Translations under genes and position numbers: made by a program
DNA from: Camelus ferus
Taxonomy: Eukaryota
Reading direction: 5' to 3'
NCBI RefSeq assembly: GCF_009834535.1
Contig: NC_045697.1
Span: 51,772,001-51,836,000 of the forward strand
Length of the DNA: 64,000 bases
Shown here: positions 1 to 13,890 of the stretch, piece by piece
Layout of the letters: every line of letters begins with the position of its first letter
Position numbering within the stretch: the stretch's first letter is position 1
The notes under the pieces: model-generated
Databases searched by the model: none
What the model saw: only the letters and a program-made list of their open reading frames with translations
Told to the model about the DNA's origin: nothing

Positions 1-46
1 CTTTTGGTGCTAAAACTAGGGTAGTCCCAGGCAAACCAGGAAGGTT
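1..46 (-). mobile_element. hAT-Blackjack (MER81/MER94-like) MITE fragment
   Basis: The reverse complement ggtttgcctgggactaccctagttttagcaccaaaag resembles the recalled MER81-type sequence. Confidence 0.4.
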
Positions 47-51
47 TGCTC

Positions 52-522
52 TGTGTCCTCAAGACCTTTTCAGGGGTTTTGTTATTTAAAAATTATTTTT
101 ATAGTGATACTAAGACATTATTTGCTTCTTTCACTCTCATTCTCACTCACATGTACTGTGGAGTTTTCGAGAGTCGGCGAGAGGTATGATGCTACAACAG
201 ATTAAATTGAGAAACGCGTAGGAGAAACCGTCTTTAATTAAGTCAGATGTAAAGAGATTTTTCAAGAATGTAAAACTCTCTTTACAAAATTTTCTTTGTT
301 TTGAAAATCATAGTTATTTTTCATAAAATGTATTATTTATAGTACCGTGTAATGGATTCATTATTTTATTTTAAATGAATTAATAAATATTTTTGTTTTA
401 ATTTTTAGTATAATAAGTACCAAGAAACATAATTTACATAAATGAAGGCTCTTTGGGAGTCCTCAATAATTTTTAAGAGTGTAATTACGAAGTGTCCTGA
501 TACCAAAAAGTTTGAGAAATAC
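52..522. mobile_element. Ancient hAT-type DNA transposon fossil
   Basis: gtcctcaagacctttcagggg...tactaagacattatttg...cactctcattctcac and a terminal aaaagtttgagaa, typical of hAT-Charlie-like ends. Confidence 0.5.
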
Positions 523-2235
523 TAATTTGGAATTTTTCTACATTTAAGAAGAAACTTTCACTTGTGACCAATATCATACATTGAGCCTTCGGCAGGCTTT
601 GTTTATAGGGCCGTGAATTCTTGTCTTACTCCTCTTACCTCTCTGTGTAATTAGGCTGCTTCTCTGTGCTCTCATTTCTGTACATGCAGAGTAAAGGAGG
701 GTGCTTTTAGTTTACTCTGGCTAGTTCTCACTCTAACTCACAATAGCTAAAGTTCAACAGGAAGGGGGAAAAACAATAAGAACCACAACACTTGTGGGAA
801 CTTAAAAGTATTAAGCAGTTCCATCAGACTAAACACCCATCATATTTAATGGAAAGAATCTTGTAAATAGTAAGGGCACTTTTTTGTTTCTCCAGAACTG
901 CCTGTGTTTTGGCATTACTGCTATTCATGTGTTACCTATTATTGATATTTATGAATATAGACATACACATGACTCCACCTAGCAGTTGTAAGACCGGAAA
1001 GAATTCTTGTTTTCTTCACTTTCTGGGCCTGAGTTCTTGTTAGTACTGAAATAATTAAAGCCGAGCCATTCTAGGGGAGCTCATCCTACTATTGCTGCTG
1101 GTTCATAGTGGGCCAACAGGCAGACCTGGCTGTGAGCTTTGGAACTGGTGAATGTTGCTGACCACTTAACACCATCAGAAGGTATTCTGTGTCGACCTAA
1201 ACGCACTTCAACCTGAACACTTACTTGAGAGTGATACATTGTGATAGCAAAGGTGTGGGCGGAAAGATTCAGGAAGATTTAATGAAATGTGTGAAACACT
1301 CTAGACTCCGCCTGATGCACATCAGATCAACAAATGTAGTTCTTCAAAATAACAAATACTTTAGCCTCATGTTTGATGTGTCCAGGTCAAGACTTGTTTT
1401 GCAATAAGGTATAAATTTTGTTTGACACATATGCCTTCTCCTTTTCTTGGAATGGTACACGTTCGTTAATGTTGCATCTCAGAACAAGAACACTGGAAGA
1501 AACTCAAGGCATGAGATGAGTGCTGCAGAGCAAGGGTAAATTTAGAGGGAAATAGAGGGAATTAGGAAAAGTCTTTATCTATGGAGCTTGATAATGGACA
1601 TTTGCTGCTACCAGACTTCTAGCTGGAGAGATGCTTTAGCATTTTAATGTGACTTGCAGACAGGGTGTGGCTCTTGATCAGGAGCTAACATTAATGATCA
1701 AGGTCAGCTGTGGTTAAAGCTTGTTTTTTCCATCATAAGAAGATCATCAGGGGAAAAAGTCAGTATATTTCAGTACTGTAAACTGTTTGAGGCTGTTTCA
1801 GCCATTTGGCAGCTCTATAAACAGAGTAGGGTTTCATTGAAAGAATGAGAACTGAGAAATATATGTTCTTTGCCTTCCAGCTGAGGTGGACTCTGTTCCA
1901 ATGTAGAACTAGCTTCTGGGTGTTAATTTTAAGAATTGCATCTTGTGACTTTTTTTCTGAAAATATTATAAATATCATAAATAAGTATCCTGAAATATAT
2001 AAAAAGTTTGACATATACTTTTCTTTTGATGTGAGCTAAATTTAATGACTATGTAGAAAATGTGAAAAGGAAATCCATTATAGGTTGTTGGTAACATCAG
2101 TGTAAAATAAGGTGAATGGGCTCAAGGTGATTTCCAGGATAACTCTCAGTTCTAAAATTCTTATCATTTTACTAGTTCTTTTTAAGACATAAGTATTATG
2201 CTCTTTATTTGAATTTTTAACGACGTAGAGTAGTG

Positions 2236-2580
2236 TATCTGTCACGGTCCTGGTGGGGAGCAGTGACATTCTTAAAAAGGTTTCATTAGACGAGTTTTGT
2301 TTAGGGACTCTTTAAGTGGGTGTGCGCAGAGATAAGGAAACCAGCATGGGATGCTGAGGCACCCAGAGCCTTGAGTCTCAAGCACTGAATGTTGTTTTGT
2401 CCCAGGGTCTCAAAGGGCAAGGCAGGGAAATGGTACTAAAGTTGGGGCCATGGAAGGGAGTACTTGAGGAAACTAGACACTACCACTCTCAGATATTTTG
2501 TTTGGTAGGGAGCAAAACAGACAAACACCTAACTTTCTCTTCTCTCATCTACTCACGTAGAGGATCTTATGGCCCAGTCT
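2236..2580 (-). mobile_element. Old ERVL-class LTR fragment (LTR67B/LTR33-like)
   Basis: tgtatctgtcacggtcctgg...agggactctttaag...aaggaaaccagcatgggatgctgaggcacccagagc resembles recalled antisense ERVL LTR sequence. Confidence 0.4.
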
Positions 2581-3407
2581 AAGACGTGGCATATATTACT
2601 TCCACCGGTATTCCATTGGCTAGTATCTGAATATATCTACTTGCAGGGAAGGCTGGGAAATGCAGTCTTCTGCTGTGTGCACAGAAAGAAGAGGAAAACA
2701 CAGCTACATCATTTATTTACTTGTTTATTGTCTTCACTAGTATTTTAAACTTTATAGGGCAGGACTTTGTCATATTCCTCACTATATCCCAGTTCCTAGA
2801 CCAGTGAATGAGCCACAGTAGGGACTCAAACATTTTTGTTAGGAGGAAGTTTCACAGGAATCCATGAATCATTTTGGCCATTCTGCCATCATTCTTTCTT
2901 CCCACTGTTATTTATGCCCACTGAGTGTTCTATTTGTATCACTTTCATTTCTCTCCTTACAGCTTTTCCTTTGTTCTCTGGTTTGATTTATGTTTTGCTT
3001 TATGGGTATTCAGTTGGTCTAGTAAAAGGGGCTCCATTGATGGAACCAGAAGCCATCCTACAGTCTTAACAGTTCCTGTTCCATTTTTGAATTCCATTAT
3101 ATATTCTCAGGTTTCCATCTAATTGGTTACTATTTATTTGTTGCTGATGCCTTCAAATTTCCTTTGCTATTGTCCCCATCAATTTCTGTTATAATCTCTT
3201 GCCTCATCTCAGGACTTGTCTCCTATTCCCCCAAACTTTTTCCTTGAGTTCTTGTAACAGTTTTGAAAGCTTTGTCTCTATCACCAGACCTTCCATCTCT
3301 TCACTATACAACTTTGTCTAAACAATTAAAAATAATATGTAAGTATCAAGTATTTGCTTTTATTCACTCCATGTCCTTCTTCTTCTACCTTAACTCTAAT
3401 TCCATTC

Positions 3408-3985
3408 TTTGTTTTCCATTGCTGTGTAACAAACCACCCAGATTTGGGTGTGAAACAACAGCCATTTTATTATGCTCATGGATTTTGTGTGGCAGGACTT
3501 CAGAAAGGGCAAGAGTGGTTGATTTGTCTTTGCTCCAGAATGTCTGGGTCCTCATCTGGGATTGCTCAAAAGAATGGGAGTGAGTGAATGGCTGAGTGTT
3601 GGGACTATATGGAGGTTTCTTCATTCACATGTCTGGTGATTGGGCTGAGTGATTCAGAGGCTTGGACTGTTACCAGAGTGCCTACCTGTGGCCTCTTCAT
3701 GTGACTTGGACCTCTCACAGTGTGACAGCTGGTTTTGAGAGGAAGCATTTGGAAAGAGAGTGTTTCTTAAGACTGTGGCAGAAGCTTTAAGACTTCTTCC
3801 AAACTAGGCTCAGAAATCATGCAGTGATAACCTCCACTACGTTTTCTTTCATTACAAGTGAATCACAAAAGCTGCCCAGGGTTCAAGGGGAGGGCAATTA
3901 AACTCTTCCTCTTGATAGGGGAGTGGCAAGGTCATGCTGAGAAAAGCAGTTTGGAATGGGAGACTGTGTTCTGGGCCATCTTTGG
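3408..3985 (-). mobile_element. MaLR solo LTR (MLT1F/G/H-like)
   Basis: ccattgctgtgtaacaaaccaccca...aaacaacagccattttattatgctcatggattttgtg...cctacctgtggcctcttcatgtgacttgg are antisense MLT1 hallmarks. Confidence 0.7.
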
Positions 3986-4067
3986 AAAATAAAATGTGCC
4001 ACATTAACATATATCCAATTCATGGGATTTCCTCTGTTTAACTCAATGAGGTTGAAATGCCCTGAGG

Positions 4068-4224
4068 CTTTGTTACTCAAAGTGTTATCCAGGGACCAGA
4101 AGCATCCACATCATCTGGGTGCTTATTTGAAATTTAGAATCTCAGACCTGTGAATCAGCATTTGTATTAATAAGATCTCCAGCTGATGCATTTAAGCTTT
4201 AAAGTTTGAGAAACACTGCCCTAG
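4068..4224. mobile_element. MER5A-like hAT-Charlie MITE
   Basis: gttactcaaagtg...gggaccag...tgaatcagc...aaagtttgagaaacactgccctag. Confidence 0.65.
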
Positions 4225-4917
4225 GAGCCATCAACCCTGATGCCGCTTGCCAATCCAATGATTTAAATTATATTATTTATGTATAAATTTATATATATAT
4301 TATAAAAATATAACCGTAATTTATATATAATATTAATTGTAATCTAGCTTCTCTTTTTTGGAACAGCAAATATATCTTTCTATGTGTACCCTCCAAATGT
4401 AGTATAATGCACAATCCTGACTATAATAATTATTAATCATTAATCTCCTTGACTCAGGAAGGTTTGGAATGGCTATGTACTTTGGTATGTATTATAATGT
4501 TATAATGCTATTTTGAATAATTTCTAAGGTGAAAAAGTTAAATTCTTTTGAATTTTACATTCCCCTTAAACTATTTTTTAATTGTTGGAATTTATAAAGC
4601 TTTTTCTTTCCTGTGACAGCTGACTGTTAGTATATACCTATTTCCTGCTAAATGAAAGAATATGATTTAAAATTTTCCTTGTAACTGTTAATTTGACAGC
4701 CTGACTCATTCTGCAAACTCTTAAAAACCTGAGAACTATATACATATTTTATTATATCTTTAGTAGATGACTATTATGTATTTTAATTATTACATAGAGT
4801 TCAATTCACAGATTCCATTTACTCATGTTTCCTTTAAATAGTCATCTTTTTAAAATTTGTTTTAGCATAAGGGAGTAAATATCCCAGAATTCATTTTGAT
4901 TGGCACATTATTTTTAA

Positions 4918-5105
4918 GCAGTTTTTCTCAAACTATAATTTGCAGACTACTGTTATCTGCAGCATTTAACAAGAAGTGCTTGTTAAAATTGCAGATTTCT
5001 GATCCCCATCCCAGGCCTTTTGAATCAGACTCTCTGGAGTTGAAACATGGAAAAATCTCTGAGGTTGGGACCTAATTTCTTTGGCACACTAAAGTTTGCG
5101 ACCTA
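4918..5105. mobile_element. MER5-family MITE
   Basis: cagtttttctcaaact...gcagatttctgatccccatcccagg...gaatcagactctctgg...cactaaagtttg. Confidence 0.55.
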
Positions 5106-8100
5106 CTTTACATTAATCTTATAATAATATTTCGAGTTATTTGTCATGGGAATGAGTGGGTCTTGGAATATTGGCAGGGCACAGCTTTTCAAATACACGT
5201 CTTTCCTGGGAGCTCCACTATTGGAAGATAATTTAATTGGAAGTCATTTTTGTGATTAATCTAGTAAAACTCTTGTAGTTTTTCAGATTATGAAACTTGA
5301 GTGCCAAAGAACTTAAATTAACTTTCAAAAGTCATGCTAATTAGTAGCAAAGCTATGATCAAAACCCAAATCTTGTGTGAATCAAGCAAGATTCCTCTTT
5401 TATGCTAAGATGAAGTAGGTTTCATCTTATCTTTAAGCCTGGCAAGTATGTTAATGGCAAGATCATAAAGGAAGTTCTGAACATTTAATCAGAAGGGTTC
5501 TATTGGTTTCCTGAACTGATCATATTAATAAAGTGAATATTTGTAGTCTTTGATCCTATTAGTCATCGAATTCAAGTTTTTTCTTAGCAATTTCTTATAT
5601 ATCCTTATAAATCTCATTGTGACTTGGGGAAATTATCAGATAAAATGCTTTGCTGTGAAAAAACTCAATATAAAAAACTAAATCTGATATGCTAGGTATG
5701 ATTTATTCTCTTTATGAAAAAGAACCAAAGTTTTCTTTAAATAAATAAAGTATTTATATGCCATACATTCCACAAATGTCAAATGTTTATGAAAATCATC
5801 TTATTAGAGATTTTTAAGACTTTCTGAAAATTAGGGTAGAGAGAACCTCTCCCTACATTCATCTCCAGACTCCGTCCCCTTCACATCCTTCTCCCTTCTT
5901 CACTTTTGTATCCCATCCTTTCCCTCTGTAGTTGTACAAGCACAGCAGCTATGAGTGAGCCACAGTAAACATGGTTTCTTTGTAGGGTGTGCAATCATTA
6001 AACTGACTTTTAAATTGCAAAAGGGTACTTAAGAGTGTTGCATAATTTTAGTTTTTCCATTTTCTGCTTCCTTCCACAAAAGAAAAGATCAACTGTATTT
6101 TCCATGCTTGAACATTTTTTGATGTTTTACCTTTACAGATATTTAGCAACAAATTTATCATGACTGTTGTGGCACGTCTGCACTAGGCACATATACAAGG
6201 AGGTGGAGGAGGGCCTAATGTGCATTCTTAGTGTATAGTGAAAGGTGCAAGGACTCCTCGGAAGTTCCTGTTTTGTCCCTCTGCATCTTGCTCATGCTCA
6301 TTCTCTCGTTTTGCTGAATTTGGAACCTAAAGCTCGGTTGGACTAGCTTTTCTTCTCTTCTTTCTTTCCTTTTTAATTCATTAAAAAAAATTTTTTTTTG
6401 CCCTTTTGTTCTTCTCTTATTGGCTACTTTGATTCAGTTTCTTTGTTCTTATTGATATTGTTGGTTTGTTTTGTTTTATGTTTTAAACAACGAGAGGCAA
6501 TAAATGACAAAAAACGTGCTGTTTTGGTTCACATAAGCCCTCTGCCAAGATTCATGAGGTTATATCTTGGGTATGCATATTTATTAATATAGATGGAATT
6601 CACAGCTACATAAAATCATCACCCAAATTAAAAATAAATGCATTTAATACTTATATTTTATGTTGTACAACATCAATCATTAAGAAATTAGAGGAAAACA
6701 AGATTTAGAGTCATGAGCTGTCACATTTTATGCTAAAAATGATAAAAATAATTTAGCCTCAACTTTTTGAGGGCTACTCAGATACTTGTGAAGTATTGAA
6801 TAATGCTAAACATTGTTAATACACTTAAATCCGATAATTTACACATTTCTAGAGCAATATGCTTTCCTGTTGCAAATTAAACCATAGTGTCTTAGTTTTC
6901 CCTTGAAGTATATAGGGCTTGTGCTTTAACTCAGCAAGTACCTACCTTCTTCAATATGATAAAGATATAGGGCAGTTTATATGCATTCACACAATAAAAT
7001 ATTGAAAATGGAAAACTAATACCCAAGAAAAATTCAGTTTCCAAGGATTCATGGCACAAGATTATCTTAAAGGTAGAATACAAATTGGACTCTGAGTTTT
7101 CTCACAGATATTGGTTAATTATATAATATAAAGTGCTTGTAAAATAAAAATGAACCTGTTTCTCAGGAGAGGCAAAACTGTTCCTATTAATAAATCTGAG
7201 AGATTGTTCCCCCCTGATGCTAACATAGCAAACAGAGTATGATATTGAGAGAGGTCCTCAACAGCAAACATACTGTTGTTACACTAACGAGCTTCCTAGG
7301 GCTCTTTTTGTGTAATCTTCATCAGAGGCTGATGTTCTGGCACTTTTACATAGTTGAATGAAAACAGTCTTATTGGTGGCCCAAATAATGATGGCCTCGC
7401 TTAATGGTAAGGCAGGGGCTGGTAACGGAGATTAGAGAAAATAAAGCAATTAAACCAGATGTCTAGAAAATCCTTTAGCCTTCAGTAAATCTTCCTAGAA
7501 TTTTATTTCTTGTAACCTAGATTTTGATAAGAATCAGGCAGCAGAGGCTTGGAGGTTATGCTGTCTAATAAAGGAACTGAAATGGCGATGTCTAATGTCA
7601 CTGGTTAAAGTTAGACCCAATTGCTTTAGCAATTAATTGAGTCAAGATTTATTCAGTCAAATGGCTTTTTTTTTTTTTAAACTTGTGACTCTAGCTCTAA
7701 CACCTGCCTGACTAGAGGGCCTATTCACTCCCTTCACAGAGAAGATTCTGCAAATATACATTCAGTGTCATCAATTTGGGGGATTATGTTAGATGCTGTT
7801 GAGATTCAGAAGTCACTCTGAAGGGATCGTTGTTGAATGAAACTCCAGCCAAACCCACATAGAAATACAGAATTTGATCAGATTTATTTTTTAGTTCAAT
7901 TGACATCTTACTCAACATCTCTTAATTTCCAGGTAGTAGAACAGTTGACATAAATAACTATAATAAAAGATTGACTATGGTAAGTGCCATAGAAATATAG
8001 ATAAAATGCTGGGAGTCCAAAAAGAGTAAAAATTACTTCTGGCTTTAGAACAAGGGAAGACTTTATGGAAACCAATGGCATGGCTTCAGGGATATTTTAG

Positions 8101-10124
8101 CTACTTCTCACTCTTCGTAAACTCTATCCAAATGCATTCCAAATAATTAAGCTTCTTTATGTAAATAAAGAAATAATGCTTTTGTTTGACAAATACAGCT
8201 TTTGAGTCTGTTCTCCTCATTCCATTTTCTAACAGTTCTCAACTACGTTGCCTTCTCCTGTGCCTCCTCTCTCGAAATTTTGAGGGTGTCATTGAAATTC
8301 TAACCAAAATTCAGGAAAGACATGAAAATCATACTCGTATAATAATACCTGTCCATTCTAATGAAAAAATGGAACTAGGCAATGAATTTTATTGACACAT
8401 TGACAGAATAAATGCTGAAGGAAGCAACACAGTAAAATGACAATTCTCAAAATGTGTTTTTATGAACCTTAGTGAGCTAAGATGGAGTTGTTGTACTGCT
8501 AAAGTACAATTATAGTCTTTCTTGAATATTATATTTTACACTTATTCTCTCTCACATATACACACAACATTAATATAAAATTTTCTCAGTGTGTCTTCTA
8601 GGTATTCAAAACTAAACTAAATTTAATTAAACTAGCTTAATTCAAACTTAAACTAGAAATTTGAAACTTATTATTGCTTTTCTATGGTATGACCTAGTAT
8701 AAGATTATAATCAATTTGCACAAAATAATGGATATTGAGTTAGCTCAGCTTCAATTATGTATTGCATTATTTGGCACATATTTCTTGGCCTTCTAAAAAA
8801 AGCTATCTAGCTCTCCTCTCCTTCCTTAATAGATTTGAGAATCACTACAGTAAAATGACATTTAAGTGTCACAATTAAAAATAGAATGTTTCCATAGCAT
8901 AAGATTTTTTAGAATATCTAGCACAGAATTTTCAAGAAAAGGTTAGTAATTTTTGTTGGAATTCTTTTTAAAATGTCTTTTATATGATTTTCATTTTAAA
9001 CTAAGTTGAACACGAATTAGTCTTTTCTTGGTGACTGCTGTTTGCTATTACAGACATGCAGAGACTGGAGCTTTACATTTGCTGTAGTGCTTTACAGTCT
9101 TACAAAGAGCATTTACAGACATTATCTCATCTGAAGCTCCCTGGACCCCACACCCCTTACCCTTGTTGGCCATTTACATTCTGATGCGGATTAGGAAACC
9201 ATCTAACCTGGTTTATTAGAATTGGGTGTCAAATATAGCTGTGAGGACCCCTCCTAGTGAATAAGGAGGGTGGCCTTTGTAATAGCTGTTTCCATGCTCA
9301 GAAGCTATTTGGCTTAATTCTGGTTCTTGGCAGTGTTTAAGCTGAGTGATGTAGCTGGAAGAGTTGCCAGATGAGAGGGGACTTATGCAGCTGGCTTTTT
9401 AGCATAGATCATTGTTTTATAAATATCCCCTGAAAACTGATGTCAAAGGGATTGTATGAAGATTTAATTAAAATATAATAAAATATTTACTACAATGTGC
9501 TTAATGCTGTAAATACACATAGTAAATATTTAAACAATTAATCTGTGCTAAATCTTGGAAAGTAGTTTGAGAAATACCATAAATAGTTTCTGTATTTTTA
9601 CATGGGATCATAGAATGGTAAATGTGGAGGGCTTTGTGTCATAAAGGGAAATTTATGAAGTATTGTCTTGATACCGTACATCAGTTAAAGAACATTAAAG
9701 ATGGATTAGAAGTGATTGCATCTGTTTAAACAGAATCCTTCAGCACCATATGTAATCTTGTGTGTGACATTTCTAAATATTTCTAAGTTATAATTTAAGA
9801 GTTGTAAATTTCTGGAAGCATTATAAATAATAGTAGTACTTAGAATGTCATGGTCTGAGACTTCTTAATTTTATATATATTGGGTTTTATTCCTTTCAGT
9901 CACTCCATTATATACTGTGAAATAAAACTATAGGGCTTGAAGGCAGGAGTGTGAGTTATTTAATATAATAAATAAAAATGCATGATCTTTGAGCTTCCAA
10001 AAATATTCATTGAATGCATGACTACCTAAATGAATATATTAGTGAATAAAAGAAACTTCACTACTTAACTGTTGGTACTGATGATTTTTTACATGGGACA
10101 GTCTCATCTAAAAGCATGAGTGCC

Positions 10125-10642
10125 TTTTTTTTTCTTTTAACTGAAGTGTAGTTGATTTACAATATTGTGTTAGTTTCAGCTGTACAGCAAAGTGATTCAG
10201 TTATATATATATATGTATTTTAAATTGCATTCCATTATTGGTTATTACGAGATATTGAATGTATTTCATTGTACGATACAGTAAATCCTTGTTGCTTATC
10301 TATTTTATGTATAGTAGTTTGTGTCTGTTAATCCCATTCTCCTAATTTGTCCCTCCTTCTGTTCCTCTCCCCTTTGGTAACCGTAAGTTTGTTTTTTAAG
10401 TCTGTGAGGCTGTTTCTGTTTTGTATATAGATTCATTTGTCTTATTTCTCATATAAGTTGATATCATACAGTATTTGTCTTTCTCTGTCTGACTTACTTC
10501 ACTAAGCATAATATTCTCCAGGTCCATCCATGTTGCTGCAAATGACAGTATTTCATTCTTTTTTATGGCTGAGTAATATGCTATTGCATACATATAGCCC
10601 ATCTTCTTAAGCCAATTTCCTGTTGATGGGCATTTGGATTGT
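10125..10642 (-). mobile_element. 5'-truncated L1 3' end (ORF2 C-terminus plus 3'UTR), artiodactyl type
   Basis: Poly-T followed by gaagtgtagttgatttacaatattgtgttagtttcag. ORF 10396..10602(-) reads YYSAIKKNEILSFAATWMDLENIMLSEVSQTEKDKYCMIS, the L1 ORF2 C-terminus. Confidence 0.9.
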
Positions 10643-11029
10643 AAAAAAATGCAATTACTTTAAAAAATAGTCACTCCATTTTTGGTAGCGACTGAGGGCA
10701 ACATAGTGTGGTGGGAAGAGCAGCAGAAGAATCTACCTACAACGGCTCTGAATAGTCTAGGGTCTGGAATATATTTGGCTTTACCACTTGCTCTTTCCAC
10801 TGCCTCTTCAGCCCTGCTACTCTAATTAGACTCTGTGTGTGTCTGGTTACCTCTCGCAGTCTTCACTCTATGTGTCTTCTTCACTGCAGTCACTTTTATT
10901 TTGATGAAACTCTTTCCTATTTAGATGCCCATGACATTCTACTCTGTTTTCCTCCCATCTCCCTGGCCATCCCTTTTCAGTTTCCTTCTAAGATGTTTTG
11001 TTTTCACTTGTCCATTTCTTACATTAATT

Positions 11030-13480
11030 TCCTCATCTACCCTTCCTCAAATATTAGGCACCTAGTTTGAGCCAAAAACTGTCTGGACCCTGGGATACAG
11101 CAGTGAGTTTGACAAAGTCTATGCTTGATAAAGTTTATGTTCCAAAAGGGTGACAGACAATCACATAGGTGATGCCTTGAAGTAAAAAAGGCTGGGATAG
11201 AGAGGGAAGGGGAGGCTAATTTATGTAAGTGGGGGTAGTGCCAGTGGGGCCAGGGACCATGTGGCTCCAGCAGAAAGAGCAAGGTATAAAGTATTAGGAG
11301 AAGCCAGAAAAAGAGACAGTGTCAAGCCATGCAGGGCCTTGAAGGCCATGGTCTTCAGTTCAGATCTTAGGAATTTCCTATGTAGTAATAGTCTAAGATT
11401 CTGGAAGTATTTCTCAAGATTCTCTATAGGCTCTTCCTCAAATCTCTTTGTGAATTTTTTTTCTGTATTTTATTTTTTTCAAGAATTTTAGCTATTGCCT
11501 CTGAGAAGACGCATTGTTGGCTGTGGCAGTTTTTCTGAATAACAATTCTGCATTTCTCCACTGCGTGTTGGGCATTTTCACCACCACCTCAAGTGAACAT
11601 GCTTAAAACTAAACTAATTTTCTCTCTGCCTTTCTAATCAGCTTTCCATTTTAGCTTTTCTGTTTCTGTGAATGAAAGTATTCGTTTCCTAGTCACTCAA
11701 CTTCAAAATTTAGGGGTGATTTTGGATCGCACCTTCCTCTCTTCCTTTTTCTTTTCTTCTCATTTTGTCATTCAGCAAATATTTATTGAACATCTAGTTT
11801 GTGCCAGGCACTGTTTTAGGCACTTGGAATACACAGTGAACAGAGTAGACTAAAAGTAATACCTGACCATCCCTATTCCCAGGAGACTGTTGGGACGTTG
11901 ACAGTGAACAATGGACATGATAAATGGTTATGTTGGCTAGTGTGTTAGAAAGCAGTGTGTACAATGGGAAGGATGGAGCAGAGCGAGAGGGCTTGGAGGT
12001 GCTGGGTGGGGAAGCAGGTGCGTAGTCAGGGTGTGCGTCATGGGAAGTTAGGCAAGGACCAGAAGATATGAAAGAGTAAGGCATGTGGAATTCTGAGGAA
12101 GAAGATCCCACAAAAGGAAAGTGCAAGTGGAAAGTGCCTTTCTGGTTCAAAGGCCTTAATAAGGGCACTGTCTGGGGTGTCGCGCATCATCGAGGAGCCC
12201 TCTGTGGCTGAAGTGGAACCAGCAAGGGCGCGAGTAAAGAGACGAGGCCCTAGAGGTAGAGGTGCTGAGAGCAGGGGAGGCTGAGTGACCTACCTAAGAA
12301 CTTTGGTTATTCTAAAGCATGGAAGGGGAGCTCTTGGCAGCTTTAAATGTAAGCAGAGAAGCTTACGTTTTAAAAGGCACCAAGTATTTATTTTTGCCTG
12401 TAATCACTCTTGAATTCATTCTTTTTTCTCTTTTTCTCTTGCCATTACATCCTCTGCTACCTGAACTTTATTTTAGCCTCGTGCTTGCTTATTTTCTGGA
12501 CTTTCTTCCACTTGGAACATAATCATCAGAGAAATCTTTTAAACACTGCCTTGTTTTAGTCCATCTGGTCAACCATAGTTGTTGCTGCTGGTCTCCATTC
12601 TTCATTAAAATTCAGACGCAAGGTGACACAAGTCCTCCATGCCCTTATTTTCCAGAACTGCCCTGTGCAGACTCTGCTCTGAATGAATTGGTTACCCACT
12701 GTCCTCAAGCGTATCTTGGGCTTTTGCACTGGACAGCCTTTGCTCAAGCCTGAGCTGTCTCACGTCTAATGCCTCCTCTCACACCACCAGCATGGCAGTC
12801 CTCCCACCTTTTGAAGATCATCACAGCCTCTAAAAATGCTTCTCCTTCCACCCCTTACCACTTATTCATGTCATTTTTCATCAAATATGTATTGAAGGCA
12901 TATTTTATGCAGCGATTGTGCTGGCACTTAAGGAGACAAAGGGGAGTGAAGAGACACTAGTCCTTCTCAGGACCTGACAGTGCCAGGGGGAGACAGAATA
13001 ATAAAGGTAACATTTAGGTAAAGCAACCTGGGACTTGTGTTAAGGGCCATGAGAGAAAACACATTGCTCCGAGTCAGAATGATTGGTTAAGATGGGCCCT
13101 AATTCAGATGGGAGCACCTAATCTATGTGGGAATGAGGAAGTCAGAGGATCATTTCTAAGGAAACGATACATATGCTAAGACCTGGAGAATAAAAAATTG
13201 CCAGCTAGGGGAAGTGTGGCATGGTGGAGAAGGAGCCTTCTAAGCAGAGCCATTGGCATTTCAAAAGCCTGGGGCTGTAAAGAGCTTGGGACTATCAAAA
13301 GAAAATCAGAACTGAGCAAAGGCCCAGCGGTCTGGGGTGCTGTAAGTGCAGGGGGAGTGGCGAAGCTTGAGCATGACAGGCAGGGCAGGTGATGCAGGCC
13401 TTGAAGGCCATGGTGGAGGGTGTCACTTTAAGTGCAATGGGAAGCAACTGAAGTGTGGTAAGTGACGGAGTGACACCATC
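11030..13480. mobile_element. Cluster of degenerate L2 fragments in alternating orientations
   Basis: Examples are cattcagcaaatatttattgaacatctagtttgtgccaggcactg (~11770) and tcaaatatgtattgaagg...tgtgctggcac (~12880), with gcagg(g)ccttgaaggccatggt at ~11331 and ~13395. Confidence 0.65.
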
Positions 13481-13489
13481 TTATTGAGG

Positions 13490-13890
13490 TTGAGACTGCC
13501 ATCTGTTCCTCAAAATCCATTTGTCTTTCTCCCTGGGCACACAGCCAGATTCCATTTCCTGGCTGTCTTTGCAGTTGGCTATGAGCCAGCCTTGTGACTG
13601 TGCCCTCCCTGTGCAAGTAAGTGGTGGGGGTGGAAATGACCTGGACCAGCTCGTAGAAACCTCCCACGTGGGCTTCCTTGTGCTGTCGTTCCTTCTGACT
13701 GGGTGTCCTTGGGATCCCGTTTGGAGATGGCAGAGCCACTGTCAGCCTGGACACCTGCATGGCTGTGTGGAGCAGAGCCTCTCCCCCAGCTGACTTAGAA
13801 CCATGCTGAACTTTTATGTGAGCAAGAAAGAAGCACCTGATGTTTTGAGCTGTTATGTGTTCAGTCCATTTATTACCACATTCTAGTTTT
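13490..13890 (+). mobile_element. MaLR solo LTR (MLT1I/J-like) interrupting L2
   Basis: ctgggcacacagccagattccatttcctggc...ctttgcagttgg...gatggcagagccac...ggctgtgtggagcagagcc...tgtgagcaagaaagaa. Confidence 0.7.

Noticed and set aside
8608..8670. aaact-rich quasi-repeat
   Set aside because: Low-complexity AT-rich sequence without a consistent period
11331..13416. Repeated 21-22-mer gcagg(g)ccttgaaggccatggt
   Set aside because: Both copies lie at homologous positions of separate L2 fragments
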